Below are positions 48,704 to 59,612 of a stretch of 64,000 nt of DNA, piece by piece. Every line of letters begins with the position of its first letter. The first letter of the stretch is position 1. Location of the stretch: IMG/VR virus record IMGVR_UViG_3300042330_000854, positions 1 to 64,000 of that record; one strand, 5' to 3'. The stretch comes from a virus. The translations under genes were made by a program, and so were the position numbers. The notes beneath the pieces were generated by a model. That model was not told where the DNA came from. It ran no database searches and saw only the letters and a list, made by a program, of their open reading frames with translations.

Positions 48704-49212
48704 AAAATGAATAATTTAGAATTATGTTTTAATCAATTTGTTGATTTGATTGATTATTGTTTTAATAACGATAAAACTTTATTAAAACAAAAAATTGATA
48801 ATTATACAAAAAATTATAAAAATTTAGGATTTGAACATCAAGGCGAATTAAGTTTGTTAATCAACGATTATTATAAATTTGACAAATAAATTAATTATGG
48901 TAATATCGTATTATCAACAATAGGAGATTATCATGACCATTGAAAATATGTTTAATGAAATTTATCGTTTTGTTCGCAAAGACGAAAATTTTATTCCTCG
49001 TAATTATCAAACTATTGGTGGTGGTTGGACGGTTGATACTTGGAAATTGAATGATGTAACGGTTCAATTGATGGATGAAGGTTATACAATTGTTATTTTT
49101 AATGATAATGTGCATGTTCATCAAACTTGTACTAATCCTTTGGTTTTTACCAAAGGCGATGAAGAAAATATTAAAAATATTTATATTGAACTGTTTCAAG
49201 AATAAGTTATTA

Positions 49213-49281
49213 TGGCAAAAGATCAGGTGATCAAACAGTTTTCATACGACTGTTAGCGTGGTTCGATTCCACGTTTTGCTA
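49213..49281 (+). ncRNA. compact tRNA-like RNA with AGGT D-tetraloop (CAT anticodon-like)
   Basis: TGGCAAAA/TTTTGCTA; GATC-aggt-GATC; AACAGTT-ttCATac-GACTGTT; CGTGG-ttcgatt-CCACG. Confidence 0.6.
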
Positions 49282-49537
49282 CTATTGTTTAAAGGATAAA
49301 ATATGTCAACATTAGTAATTTTTAGTAGAGATTGGGCCGACGAATTCCAATGCGAAGAATTTATCATTACTGAATTATCAAAAGATGATGCAGAAAAACT
49401 AATTTTCAATAAACTTGAAAAATCATATGAATATTATTTTGGAACCAATGAAGGTTTTGAAACAAATGATTTAAGTATTCAAGATTTTGAAATTAAAGAA
49501 ATTTCTGATCAAGAAAAAGAAACCTTAACCAAATTAA

Positions 49538-50239
49538 TTGGTGAGCGATTTGGTACAGGTATTCTTTATACTATGTTTAATGATGAAGAAGAGTATGAAG
49601 AAGAAGATGAGGATGAAAATGAATATTAATAAAAATGAAGTGCAATTTATAATGGCATTAGCTAGAATTTTAGAACATGAAGAAATTGATACGGTTGATG
49701 AAATTTCTGATGATACGATACAACAATTATTAGAAGATTATAATATTTCTGAAAAAAAATTTACACAAATAAAAAAATTAATGACGGAAGACGTTGATAA
49801 TGATGAAGAAAAAACATTCATTGTTAACTACAAAGACACTTTTATTACAATTAAAGAATATTCAGTTACTCGAATATATTTACACAACTTAGCTAATAGC
49901 ATTAGTGATTTTAAAGAAAATACCCCAATTAAAATTTTAGATTCTAAAACTAATGAATTGCTTGAAGAATATTTTTATAATTTAGATAAAACAAGATATA
50001 TTTGGAAAAAATATAAAAATAATAAATTATTTTCTGAACAATATTACTTTATAAAAGAATGGTATGATAGTTTAGATCGTAATGATGGTCCTGCGGAAAT
50101 TATTTATACAAATAAAAAAAATATATATAAATTTTATTGTCAAGATGCAGAATATTCATTAAAACAATGGTTAAATGTACATGAAAACCAAGATGAGAAT
50201 TTCAAAAAAGAAATGTTAGAAAAATATAAGGGAGAATAA
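49538..50239 (+). CDS. hypothetical protein with C-terminal HRxxGPA-family module (start probably about 49619)
   Basis: LDRNDGPA...WLNVHENQDENFKKEMLEKY. Confidence 0.6.
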   Translation: MVSDLVQVFFILCLMMKKSMKKKMRMKMNINKNEVQFIMALARILEHEEIDTVDEISDDTIQQLLEDYNISEKKFTQIKKLMTEDVDNDEEKTFIVNYKDTFITIKEYSVTRIYLHNLANSISDFKENTPIKILDSKTNELLEEYFYNLDKTRYIWKKYKNNKLFSEQYYFIKEWYDSLDRNDGPAEIIYTNKKNIYKFYCQDAEYSLKQWLNVHENQDENFKKEMLEKYKGE

Positions 50240-50245
50240 TCTCCC

Positions 50246-50986
50246 TTATTTTATTGCCTTATTTAATTTTTCCATCATTGTTTCATCAAATTTAAATGAA
50301 CAAATAATATAGCGTTTATTTGGTTCTGGCGCATCTGTCATTTGGATATGAGAAAAATCACTTAAATTTAATTTTTCTGTTTCAACAATATACTTAAATT
50401 CAGACTCTTGAATAAACATATAATCAGCACGCCCAAGTAAAATTTGTTTTACTCTTGCAGTGTTTTCTTCAGTTGATTCAACCATTTTTGTATTATTTGT
50501 TTTTAATAAATTATCCAAATAATTACCATAAGATAATTCTACTTTACGAGCAAATCGCAAATTTTCATCTTTTGTTAAATCAGCAAAAGTTTTATGTGCT
50601 TTTATTTTTTCATTTGAGTTACTCAATAACACCCCAATTGGGTTATCAGTTAAAACAGGTTCGGAAAACTTACCAATTTTTTCACGCTCTGCACGTTTAA
50701 AATAATTCAATGCACAAACTGGTTCGACATTTTCTTCTAAAGCAATTAATTGGCGAGCTAATGGTAATTCTACAAATACAGGTTTAAATCCAGCTTTAAT
50801 AAAAGCATCAGAAGATGCTTGACCAACCGAACCTGTAATTCCTGTTTCAGTTTTCATAATTAATGGCGCACGTTGAGAATAAACAACTTTTATTTCTTGT
50901 GCAAACACGGGAAAAGCAAATAATAAAGTAAGTAAAAATGTGGTTAATAATTTCATGTTTTTGTTCCTTAAAAAAGTATTTATCAA
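50246..50986 (-). CDS. ABC-transporter substrate-binding protein, family 3 (polar amino-acid type); start probably MKLLT at 50956
   Basis: Signal peptide MKLLTTFLLTLLFAFPVFA; RAPL, LPLARQL, KRAERE...FSEP, ILLGRADY. Confidence 0.8.
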   Translation of the reverse strand: MINTFLRNKNMKLLTTFLLTLLFAFPVFAQEIKVVYSQRAPLIMKTETGITGSVGQASSDAFIKAGFKPVFVELPLARQLIALEENVEPVCALNYFKRAEREKIGKFSEPVLTDNPIGVLLSNSNEKIKAHKTFADLTKDENLRFARKVELSYGNYLDNLLKTNNTKMVESTEENTARVKQILLGRADYMFIQESEFKYIVETEKLNLSDFSHIQMTDAPEPNKRYIICSFKFDETMMEKLNKAIK

Positions 50987-51339
50987 TTTTAGAAAGAGTT
51001 AAAATGAGATTTATTTATTATATTGATGGTGAAAAATTTACAACTAACAATTATGATGAAGTTCCGATTTATGAAATTTCATTTTTAGATGAAAATACAC
51101 CTGCTTTAGAGGATTTAAAAACTGGTCATAAACGTTGGTGTTTTAAAGGAAGAATTTTACATCGATTAACTGGTCCTGCACATATTGCAGATAATGGAGT
51201 AGAAGATTTTTGGTTAAATGGAATTTATTACCGAAGAATAAAAGAATGGATTAAGGTTCATCCAAATCCTGATCTTTATTTTGATGCAATCGGGATAAAA
51301 ACAGAAACCGATAAAGTTATTTGGTACTTACAAAATTAA
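50938..51339 (+). CDS. HRxxGPA-family dispersed paralogue (start probably MRFIY, about 51004)
   Basis: LHRLTGPA...HPNPDLYFDAIG.KTETDKVIWYLQN. Confidence 0.8.
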   Translation: MWLIISCFCSLKKYLSILERVKMRFIYYIDGEKFTTNNYDEVPIYEISFLDENTPALEDLKTGHKRWCFKGRILHRLTGPAHIADNGVEDFWLNGIYYRRIKEWIKVHPNPDLYFDAIGIKTETDKVIWYLQN

Positions 51340-51591
51340 TCCTTGACAAAAAACAGAATATTTTCTATATTAAATTTATCAACTAATTAACGGAGAATGA
51401 TATGTCCTATTTTACTGAAGAAAATATGGTTGGCCTCTCTAAAGAAGACCTTGAAATTCTAAATAAAACTTTTTCTAAAGAACTGAAAAAATATTATGAA
51501 GAGCATCGTGAAGTTGATACCGTGATTATTGATTCAATTGCTACAAAAGTTTTTGATGATTTTTGTGAAAAGTATGATGCAATTTGTCAAT

Positions 51592-51625
51592 AAAAAAGGG
51601 GGGAGAAACAATTCTCCCCCTTTTT
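51592..51625. terminator. bidirectional terminator
   Basis: aaaaaaggggggagaa-acaa-ttctcccccttttt between convergent genes. Confidence 0.75.
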
Positions 51626-51642
51626 GTTTAATTAATTAACGA

Positions 51643-52062
51643 TTAAACTAATGAATCATTAATTGTTACGCTTACATTGTTGCCAGTTGTTACATCTGGT
51701 GCTAATTTGTAAACAAAACCGTTTTGGCCGTCTAAGCTTTTAGCTAAACCAGGAGTTGCAGTTGACCATGAAGCTTTATGTTCTACAATAAATTTCACAA
51801 CATAAACTGTATTGCCTGTTGACGCAGCAGGAAGATCAGTATCACCAGCGGCATAAAGCGCAGTTTCAACATCACCTAATACTACTGGTTGACCACGAAG
51901 AGAAACAGTACGCATTAAGGCATCAAATGCTAATTGTGTTGTTGCACCAAACGCAGCAGGAGTAATATTTACAAGTGTACGAACAGTGTAATAATCAACA
52001 TTACCTGTTAAGTTTTGTCCTGGGATTGCTTTACCAGCATATTTTAAACCATTATCAATCAT
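51643..52062 (-). CDS. putative virion structural protein
   Basis: Ala/Gly/Thr-rich composition, strong SD GAGGA, TAAATA late-like motif upstream. Confidence 0.55.
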   Translation of the reverse strand: MIDNGLKYAGKAIPGQNLTGNVDYYTVRTLVNITPAAFGATTQLAFDALMRTVSLRGQPVVLGDVETALYAAGDTDLPAASTGNTVYVVKFIVEHKASWSTATPGLAKSLDGQNGFVYKLAPDVTTGNNVSVTINDSLV

Positions 52063-52105
52063 TTTATATATCCTCTATTTTTAGGAATAATTTATTCCAT
52101 TATAT

Positions 52106-53539
52106 TTATTTAATGTTTTTCTTAAATTTTGGTCTTTTATATATTGAATTTTCTGGATAAGGATTTGTATTACTTCCAAATGGAATAGCAGATGATGCTA
52201 CACTTGATGCGGTAGTTGATTCTTTTATTATTATATTATTTTTTTCAATAAAATTTAAAATTTCATCTTTAATTTTCTTTATTTGTGGATTCTCATCAAA
52301 ATATTTTGATTGATTTATTGCTGTAAAACCAACCAAATCATTTTTATTTTTTATAATAAATTTTTTAAAATCAAAGATGAAATTTTTATCTAATTTAGAA
52401 TAATCTAATTCATTTTTAATGTTTAATAAAATATAATATAAATTTGTTATTTTATTAATATATGGATTATTTTTCATTTCATTAATTATATTGGTAAATG
52501 AAACAACTTCTTCATTATTTTCTTTATCAATATATTTTGATATTTTTTTCAAATATTCACTACGATAAGCATTTGGATCAATGGCAACTGTTAATGCTCT
52601 TTGAACTCGTTCCATTAATTTTAAAACAACATCTAATTTTTCTTCGTAACCTATGCCACCAGGGGCGCGGATTTCTAAATAACCCAAATCTTTAAATTTT
52701 CTAAAATTTACAGCTTGATATTTTTTTCCCATATTATCTAAAACCCATTGATTAGTAAATGAATTATCTTTTGTTATTTCATCGTTTTTATTTTGTCCAT
52801 TTAAATAACCATCCAAATCAGAAATTTTATTTGAAATTATTTTTGCATAACCATTACTTTCTCTATTAAATAATTTTACAACAAAAACATCATCAAAAAA
52901 TACTAAAAATTTTAATAAATCAATTTTATCAAATTCAAATGTTCCAACATTTAAATGTAAACCTGTTGTTGAATTAGTTGATAAATTATCATCATCTTGA
53001 ATCATAAAAAATATTTGTTCTAATGCAACTTTGGCTTCATTATAATTTAAAACAGGTGTGACAATTTCTCTGCCTTGTGGATTAATACTATCATCGGTAA
53101 CAATTTGCCATTCATTTTGTTTTGGAAGTTCTAATTCTTCTAATTTATTTGTAAAATAAGTTTGTAAATTATGTTTGTTTTTGAATAAACTTAATTGTTC
53201 ATAAAATAAATCATCAATTATTTCTTTTAAGTTATAATATTCATTAACATCATAAAAACCCCAATTAAGCATATTATGCTCGCCATTATCCCAGGGAATC
53301 ATATAACTTATACTTTTACTAATTAATGGCGTATCGGAATATTCAGCATACATTTTTTTAAATTTATCTTTTTGACCACGAATATAAATGTCATAAAAAT
53401 GTTCATATAAATCATCATCATCATCTACTTCATCTAAATCACAAGCTATTTCAAATTCAAACCCCCAAGTTAAATCTAAACTTGATTGATTTTTTCTGTT
53501 TTGTGCCATATTTCTTTCTTGTAATTGTATTAAACGCAT
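52106..53539 (-). CDS. putative amidoligase family protein 2
   Basis: TWGFEFE, DDSI, GREIVTPVL, TTGLHLNVG, KYQAVNF, YLEIRAPGG. Confidence 0.8.
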   Translation of the reverse strand: MRLIQLQERNMAQNRKNQSSLDLTWGFEFEIACDLDEVDDDDDLYEHFYDIYIRGQKDKFKKMYAEYSDTPLISKSISYMIPWDNGEHNMLNWGFYDVNEYYNLKEIIDDLFYEQLSLFKNKHNLQTYFTNKLEELELPKQNEWQIVTDDSINPQGREIVTPVLNYNEAKVALEQIFFMIQDDDNLSTNSTTGLHLNVGTFEFDKIDLLKFLVFFDDVFVVKLFNRESNGYAKIISNKISDLDGYLNGQNKNDEITKDNSFTNQWVLDNMGKKYQAVNFRKFKDLGYLEIRAPGGIGYEEKLDVVLKLMERVQRALTVAIDPNAYRSEYLKKISKYIDKENNEEVVSFTNIINEMKNNPYINKITNLYYILLNIKNELDYSKLDKNFIFDFKKFIIKNKNDLVGFTAINQSKYFDENPQIKKIKDEILNFIEKNNIIIKESTTASSVASSAIPFGSNTNPYPENSIYKRPKFKKNIK

Positions 53540-55271
53540 TAACGGTTCCTCCTCAAATAAGTTGCACCAATTGCAGCTAACAATGCTTGTGTTTCTGGAT
53601 TTTTATGATTTTTCAGCCATGTTTCTAAATTACCACTGCGACGAATGTTCTTTTTTAAATAATCAACTTCTGTTTGATCGATCCCCATATTTTTTAATAA
53701 ACGATAAATTTCATTACTATCCATATTTTTAGGTTGGGGATTTACATGTTTATCTCTAAAATTATCAGTTGAGTTTTGGCGAGTATTTTGTTTTGATGAA
53801 TTATCACTTAATTCATCTTTTGCTGCAACTTTAGCGGCTCCTGTTTCAAAAGCTTTTTTAGCAATTTGTAATAATAACTTTCTTAAATTATTATCAGAAA
53901 TTTGATGTTGTTCAAACAAAACACTTTCGCGTAAATTTGATGTAATATATTTTAAAATTTTTTCTTGATCAGCATTAGTTCCAAGTTTTTTTAAAGCCTT
54001 ATGAACCCAAGAATTAGCTTGGCGACGATCCATATCATAATGTTTTAATAAAAAATCAGCAGAAGCTTTTGCATCATACGTAAAAGATTGTCCAGTATCA
54101 GTTGTATCAACGCCCAAATAATCTAAAATATCATTTATTTTTTTCTCATCATGCGAAAGTTTATTATAAATTTCTTCGGCTATTTTTAATGCATTAAATT
54201 CCATTATTTTTTACCTTTTAACATAAGTTCTTGTAATTCGCGCGCAATTAACATTTTTTGTTTGTCAGTGTAATTTTGTTTTTTTAAATGCTCTAATGTA
54301 GAATAATTTCTTTCTTGTGGACCTTTATCTGGTTGTTTTACTTGATTATCTGTAAATTTAGGTTCTGTTTTTTTAATTTCTTCTGAAGGTTTATTTTCTG
54401 AATTATCAGGTTTATTTTCTAATTCATTATCGTCATTAGTTTTTGTGTTATTTTCTTTTTCAGATGAATTATTTTTAATTGCATTTATAACAAATTTTTT
54501 ATCAAACCCAATTTCATTAACTAAAAAATTAGCTAAAGTTTGATAATCTTTATATCCGCCAGTTTGACCTAAATATTTTTTATATTTGTCGTACATTGTA
54601 GTTGCTAACATTTGAGCATCTAATTTACCTTCTGCATTTTTACTACCTAATTTACTCATGGCACTTAAGCCACGAGTTTTTAAATTTGTCATTAATGCAT
54701 CCCAAAACCCTTCGTTTAGCATTTTTTCTTTCCTTTTATTAATTTAGCTTCATCTATTTTTACCTGTTGTAATTTTCTTACAACTTTATCAACATCATTT
54801 TGATCGATTGCGCGAATTAATCTTCCTAAAATATCTTGACTATCTTCGCTATTATAATTTTCTTGTATGTAGGTTTTTAAGTTTTGATAAGCAGCAATCA
54901 AATTAATTGATTTTTGTTCAATAAAAACATCTTTATCGCAAAAATTTTGTCTGCGATCTAATTCTGCTAAAATACTCTCAAATTTATTCGCCATTTTTTA
55001 AATCCTGTAAAGCATTATCAATAATTTCATTTAATAAAACAACAGCTTTAATAAAACCTTGTTGTTCTTCTAATGTCATAGTTTCGTCGTAAAATGAATT
55101 CATTTTATCTTTTATCATCTCTAATTTTTCATACTCAGGATTTATTTTTGTTTCAATGGGTTTTTCATGTTCATGATGCACAAACAAATAATCATCCCAA
55201 TCTTCGTAAAATAATTCCTCAATTATTTGATTTACATTTATATCAGTCATATTTATTATTTAAAATATTTT

Positions 55272-56594
55272 TTATGTTCTTGCTAATTTAATCTTATCCA
55301 AGATACTAGATGATTGATTATTTTGTAATATTGGTTGATTATTAGAATTTTGATTGTTTGGATCAGTAATAGTTTCATCTACATTTAAAATTCTCATTGT
55401 ATTTGGATCATAACCAAAAGTTAAACGATCACCTGTGCAACCACTACTGCGAACTTTTAAAAATTCTAATTGCATTTTACCATTAATTTTCATAACTTGA
55501 GTAGCATGAATACCAAATAAATTATCAGCAGTATTCACTTTGCTCATACCACCTGCGATATCACTATGAGAAAAACTATCACCTTGTTTTTCAACACTTC
55601 CACGATTAAATTGACTTGCTGTAACTAATGGAATATCTAATTCACCTGCTAAAGCACGTAACTCTTCACAAACAAATTTATCTTTAATAAACAAATTGCC
55701 ACTATCAATTTTTTTATCATTTGGATACATTAAGTCCAAATAATCAACTACTAAAACATCTGGTCGAACATTATTTTGTATTTCAAATTCTTTTACTAAA
55801 CTTCTTAATGTATTAGTTGTTGTTCCTGCTTCTGGCATTTTAACAACTTGAATTCTACCAGCTTGTTTACCTTGTAATGCAACTTTTAATGCAACTGAAT
55901 TTAAATTTTTGAAAATTTCTTTTGTTGGAGTTTCTGTAAACATTGTATCTAAACGTAAAGCAATTAATTCTTCAGATAATTCCAAACTAATATAAATTAC
56001 ATTCAATCCATTTAATGCCCAATTTAAAGTTAGGTTTTGTAACCATAAACTTTTACCTACACCTGAGTTAGCTGCAAAGATGTTTAAAGAGCCTTTAGAG
56101 AAGCCACCATAGAGTTTAGTGTCTAAGGCGTCATAATATGTAGGAACCATGTTATCGCGCTGTAACATGCCTTCAAGGCGGTTTAAAGGGCTATCCCAAT
56201 AATTAATACCCATAGTTCGTTGTAAGGAAATTGAAATTGCTTCTTTTATTCTTTTTTCAATTTCAGAATATTTTTCTTCATCTAATAAATCAACGCTATC
56301 AAGAATAACTTCTTTCATTGCTTGATAACGAGAAAATTTTTCAATATTATCCAAATACCATTCTCGATTTAATACACCTGAATTAGTTGGAATCTGGGTA
56401 TTAGTTTCAGCATAAATTTGTTCTCTTGAAGGTAATGATTTATATTGTTCAGTATAAGTTAAAATATATTTTAATGAATTTTTTACTTGTTGATCCCAAT
56501 GTTTAAAATTTAAAATACTTTGACTTCTTAGAAATAATTCTGGATCATCTAACATATAAGATAAAAATATTTTTTGTGTTTCTAAATTAGCCAT
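55272..56594 (-). CDS. replicative DNA helicase (T4 gp41/DnaB-like)
   Basis: AANSGVGKS Walker A, ISLELSE, VVDYLDLM, TASQFNR. Confidence 0.92.
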   Translation of the reverse strand: MANLETQKIFLSYMLDDPELFLRSQSILNFKHWDQQVKNSLKYILTYTEQYKSLPSREQIYAETNTQIPTNSGVLNREWYLDNIEKFSRYQAMKEVILDSVDLLDEEKYSEIEKRIKEAISISLQRTMGINYWDSPLNRLEGMLQRDNMVPTYYDALDTKLYGGFSKGSLNIFAANSGVGKSLWLQNLTLNWALNGLNVIYISLELSEELIALRLDTMFTETPTKEIFKNLNSVALKVALQGKQAGRIQVVKMPEAGTTTNTLRSLVKEFEIQNNVRPDVLVVDYLDLMYPNDKKIDSGNLFIKDKFVCEELRALAGELDIPLVTASQFNRGSVEKQGDSFSHSDIAGGMSKVNTADNLFGIHATQVMKINGKMQLEFLKVRSSGCTGDRLTFGYDPNTMRILNVDETITDPNNQNSNNQPILQNNQSSSILDKIKLART

Positions 56595-57585
56595 CTTTTT
56601 TCTCCAAATATTTTATTATGTTTTTTATTGTTACTTTGTTCATTGTTGCATGTTGTAATAAAGAATAAACTGTATATATTCTTCCCATTGTTGTTGCTGC
56701 TTGATTTGCGTCTTTTATATTATCTTCCCAATAACAATTTTGTTTTGGATTTAAACCCGGATAACTTATACCAAAATTATATTTTAATGCTTGCTCACAT
56801 AATGGAATTCCTGATTTTTCTGCATCGGGAACAATAATAATTCTCTTATTTGAATTTTTTAATTGTTCAATTTGGTTTTCATTCATTTGATTACCCATTA
56901 TTGCAACACCATTAATACTCATTGCATCAAACACGCCTTCAGTTACAAAAATTGTTTTTATTGGGGATTTAAGTATATCTTGATTGAATAAATTCTTATC
57001 TTCATAATTTGCAAAATATTTTGGTGTTTTGTTTAAAACTGTTCTACCAATCCAACCAACAGTATCCATATCTTTTATTATAGGGATGATTAATAAATCA
57101 GGATAAGTTTTGCTCCAATAAAGTTTTGTATTGTCCCAATCGGGGATTCTATTTAACCAACTTTCTACTACTTTTTCTGATTCTAAAACTTCATTTTGAA
57201 TACAATTGAAAATTGATACTGAATCTTCTGGTAATTTAAAAATTTTATTTGATTGCTTTTCTTGATTGAATATGCTAGTTTGAGGTAATAAAGTTTTTAA
57301 ATTGAGAAATTTTATTTCTTGATCTGAAATACCCAAAGCACTCATAAATTGTTTTAATTTTGTTCCTAAACGACTTCCAGGTTCATAACCTGTTACAAAA
57401 CCACAATTAAAACAATGTATGCGTAAAGAACCAGCTTGATGTTTAATTCCACAACGAAATCTTTTATCTGGTTTCTTTTGTCCACCTAAAGTAGTACAAA
57501 CCGGACAACAAATATTATAACCATAAGATTTTCTTTGTTTTGCTATTGGTAAATGTTGTTCAATTGTTTGATATAATGAAGTCAT
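56587..57585 (-). CDS. DNA primase (T4 gp61-like)
   Basis: CPVC...HCFNC Zn ribbon; GRT...PKY; TOPRIM VTEGVFDA, VPDAE, KDAN. Confidence 0.9.
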   Translation of the reverse strand: MTSLYQTIEQHLPIAKQRKSYGYNICCPVCTTLGGQKKPDKRFRCGIKHQAGSLRIHCFNCGFVTGYEPGSRLGTKLKQFMSALGISDQEIKFLNLKTLLPQTSIFNQEKQSNKIFKLPEDSVSIFNCIQNEVLESEKVVESWLNRIPDWDNTKLYWSKTYPDLLIIPIIKDMDTVGWIGRTVLNKTPKYFANYEDKNLFNQDILKSPIKTIFVTEGVFDAMSINGVAIMGNQMNENQIEQLKNSNKRIIIVPDAEKSGIPLCEQALKYNFGISYPGLNPKQNCYWEDNIKDANQAATTMGRIYTVYSLLQHATMNKVTIKNIIKYLEKKDG

Positions 57586-57651
57586 AAAAATAATATATAT
57601 AAAAATTTAAATTAAACCAATATGAATTTTAAAAATATTTGAGAGGTAAAA

Positions 57652-57981
57652 ATGACATACGTTTACTATGTTGATGGTGAAAAATTTACAACCGATAATT
57701 ATGATGATATTCCTTGGGATGATATTTCTTCACCCAATGAAAATACACCAGCGTTTGAAGATTTATCAACAGGTGAAAAAATTTGGTGTGAAAAAGGGTA
57801 TCGTTGGCATCGATTAACTGGACCGGCGTACTTTGATAATGATAGATTTTGTTTTTGGCTAAATGATAAAGAATATGAAAATATTGAAGAATGGATAAAA
57901 GATCATCCAAATCCCGATCTATACTTTGATGTATTAGGTTTAAATGAAACCGAAAGAGTTTTGTGGTTTTTACAAAATTAA
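57652..57981 (+). CDS. HRxxGPA-family dispersed paralogue
   Basis: WHRLTGPA...HPNPDLYFD...ETERVLWFLQN. Confidence 0.8.
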   Translation: MTYVYYVDGEKFTTDNYDDIPWDDISSPNENTPAFEDLSTGEKIWCEKGYRWHRLTGPAYFDNDRFCFWLNDKEYENIEEWIKDHPNPDLYFDVLGLNETERVLWFLQN

Positions 57982-58144
57982 ATTTAAAAAACTGCTTGAC
58001 AAGAATTAAAAAATTTTCTATGTTGGTTTTATCAAGTAAGAATTAATTCAAATGGACAATATTATGGGATGTTAGAAGATTTTTTGAAAGATAATCCAAA
58101 TAAAAATAGAATTTTTAAAATAATAATGAGATTGAAATATAAAA

Positions 58145-58771
58145 ATGTATAATATTACTAATGAAGAATTATCAACTGCAACATATGTAAGTTTAGATCA
58201 ATCGTATGTTTATTGGATGTTGAACAATGAATTTTTTCATAGAGAAAATGGACCAGCAGAAATTATTACTATAGAAAAAACAAATAGTAGACAATTTTTA
58301 TTTTATCTGTATGGTCAACATTATGTCACTATTGACGAAAATAATCCTATTAATGATCAAACTTTACATAATTTTAATCGTTATCTAAAAAATATTCCCA
58401 ATCAAAATAAAAAATTTCAAAAAGAAATGATTGAAAAATTTGTATATAATTTTTCAAATAACAAAATGGATATTATTTATTGGACTAAAAAAGGAAGATT
58501 TGAAACTAATGATGTAGATAATATTCCTTGGAATGAATTACACTCACCAAATGATCTTCTGCCTGCTTATGTTTATTATCCTAATAATTATAAAGAATGG
58601 CGTTCAAACGCCAAAAAACATCGATTAACTGGACCAGCAATAATTAACCCAAATGGAAAGATCATATTTTATCTTGACGGTATAAAATATGATTCTTTAG
58701 AAGAATGGCTATCAATTCATCCAAATCAAAGTGAAATTTTTAAAAAAGAAATGATTAAACGATGGAGTTAA
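58145..58771 (+). CDS. two-module HRxxGPA-family protein
   Basis: FHRENGPA...PNQNKKFQKEM and KHRLTGPA...HPNQSEIFKKEMIKRWS. Confidence 0.75.
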   Translation: MYNITNEELSTATYVSLDQSYVYWMLNNEFFHRENGPAEIITIEKTNSRQFLFYLYGQHYVTIDENNPINDQTLHNFNRYLKNIPNQNKKFQKEMIEKFVYNFSNNKMDIIYWTKKGRFETNDVDNIPWNELHSPNDLLPAYVYYPNNYKEWRSNAKKHRLTGPAIINPNGKIIFYLDGIKYDSLEEWLSIHPNQSEIFKKEMIKRWS

Positions 58772-58798
58772 ACAAAAGAGGGTAATTTCCCCTCTTTT

Positions 58799-59590
58799 TT
58801 AATATGTTAATAATTTTATTTCTGGAACAGTATTTCCATGATATTTAAATCGAACAAATTCAAAACTACCAGAAATTTCATAGCCTGTTGTTCCAGTTGA
58901 ACTTTCATTTATTACTAAATCATCATTATCATCAAATGGATTTATGTCTAAATCAAACCAATCACTGTTACCCATCGGGTCTAATGTTGCTTGCATTGTA
59001 ATTGTACCAATAAAATTATCCAATGTTATTTGAACTGATTGAACAGTTTTATCATACCATGCTTTAGCAGCCCCAGGTAATTTATCGCTCGTCCAAACAA
59101 TTGTACTCATTTCAAGCACATCGGATGAAATCCAATTAAATGTTTTGGGGAATAATGTTTTAGGTGCTGGATTTTTAATTAATTCTAACCATCCGCTTGT
59201 ATTGTTATTTTGATCAGTATAAAGATAAGTTTCAATACCATCGTTTATTAATGAAACATGATAAGAAAGATAACCTAATTCCCAATTTACAGTATCTGAA
59301 TTATCGATAATAATTGAAACTTTGCCTTCGTAATCGTTTTCAACTGTCATAGGTTTTTCAAATATAACATAATTTAATTTTGGTTGAACTATCTTAAAAA
59401 TAGGAGTTTGACCTAATAAATTAACAGACTTTCTATCTGAATTTTTAACAAAAAATGTTAATTTATTATGTTGGTTTTGCAAGAGTTGAAAATCAACTCT
59501 GTTTAAGGGAGAGTTATAAAGCATATTTGTTGTTTCTAATAAAAATAAAAACCCCACTTTTGGTTTTTGATAAATAGTTTGAATTATCAC
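58799..59590 (-). CDS. putative virion structural (baseplate/tail-associated) protein
   Basis: Beta-rich; TATAAATA late-promoter-like motif at 59595-59602 (minus strand). Confidence 0.5.
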   Translation of the reverse strand: MIIQTIYQKPKVGFLFLLETTNMLYNSPLNRVDFQLLQNQHNKLTFFVKNSDRKSVNLLGQTPIFKIVQPKLNYVIFEKPMTVENDYEGKVSIIIDNSDTVNWELGYLSYHVSLINDGIETYLYTDQNNNTSGWLELIKNPAPKTLFPKTFNWISSDVLEMSTIVWTSDKLPGAAKAWYDKTVQSVQITLDNFIGTITMQATLDPMGNSDWFDLDINPFDDNDDLVINESSTGTTGYEISGSFEFVRFKYHGNTVPEIKLLTY

Positions 59591-59612
59591 TAATTATTTA
59601 TAGGTTTTTACA

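Noticed and set aside
857-57910. Antisense or alternate-frame ORFs (857, 1654, 1742, 7353, 8496, 12253, 13119, 18718, 19725, 21286, 30789, 37177, 38392, 41411, 47066, 48891, 50455, 52498, 55094, 56628, 57686)
   Set aside because: They are nested within better-supported genes and have no RBS or recognisable motifs.
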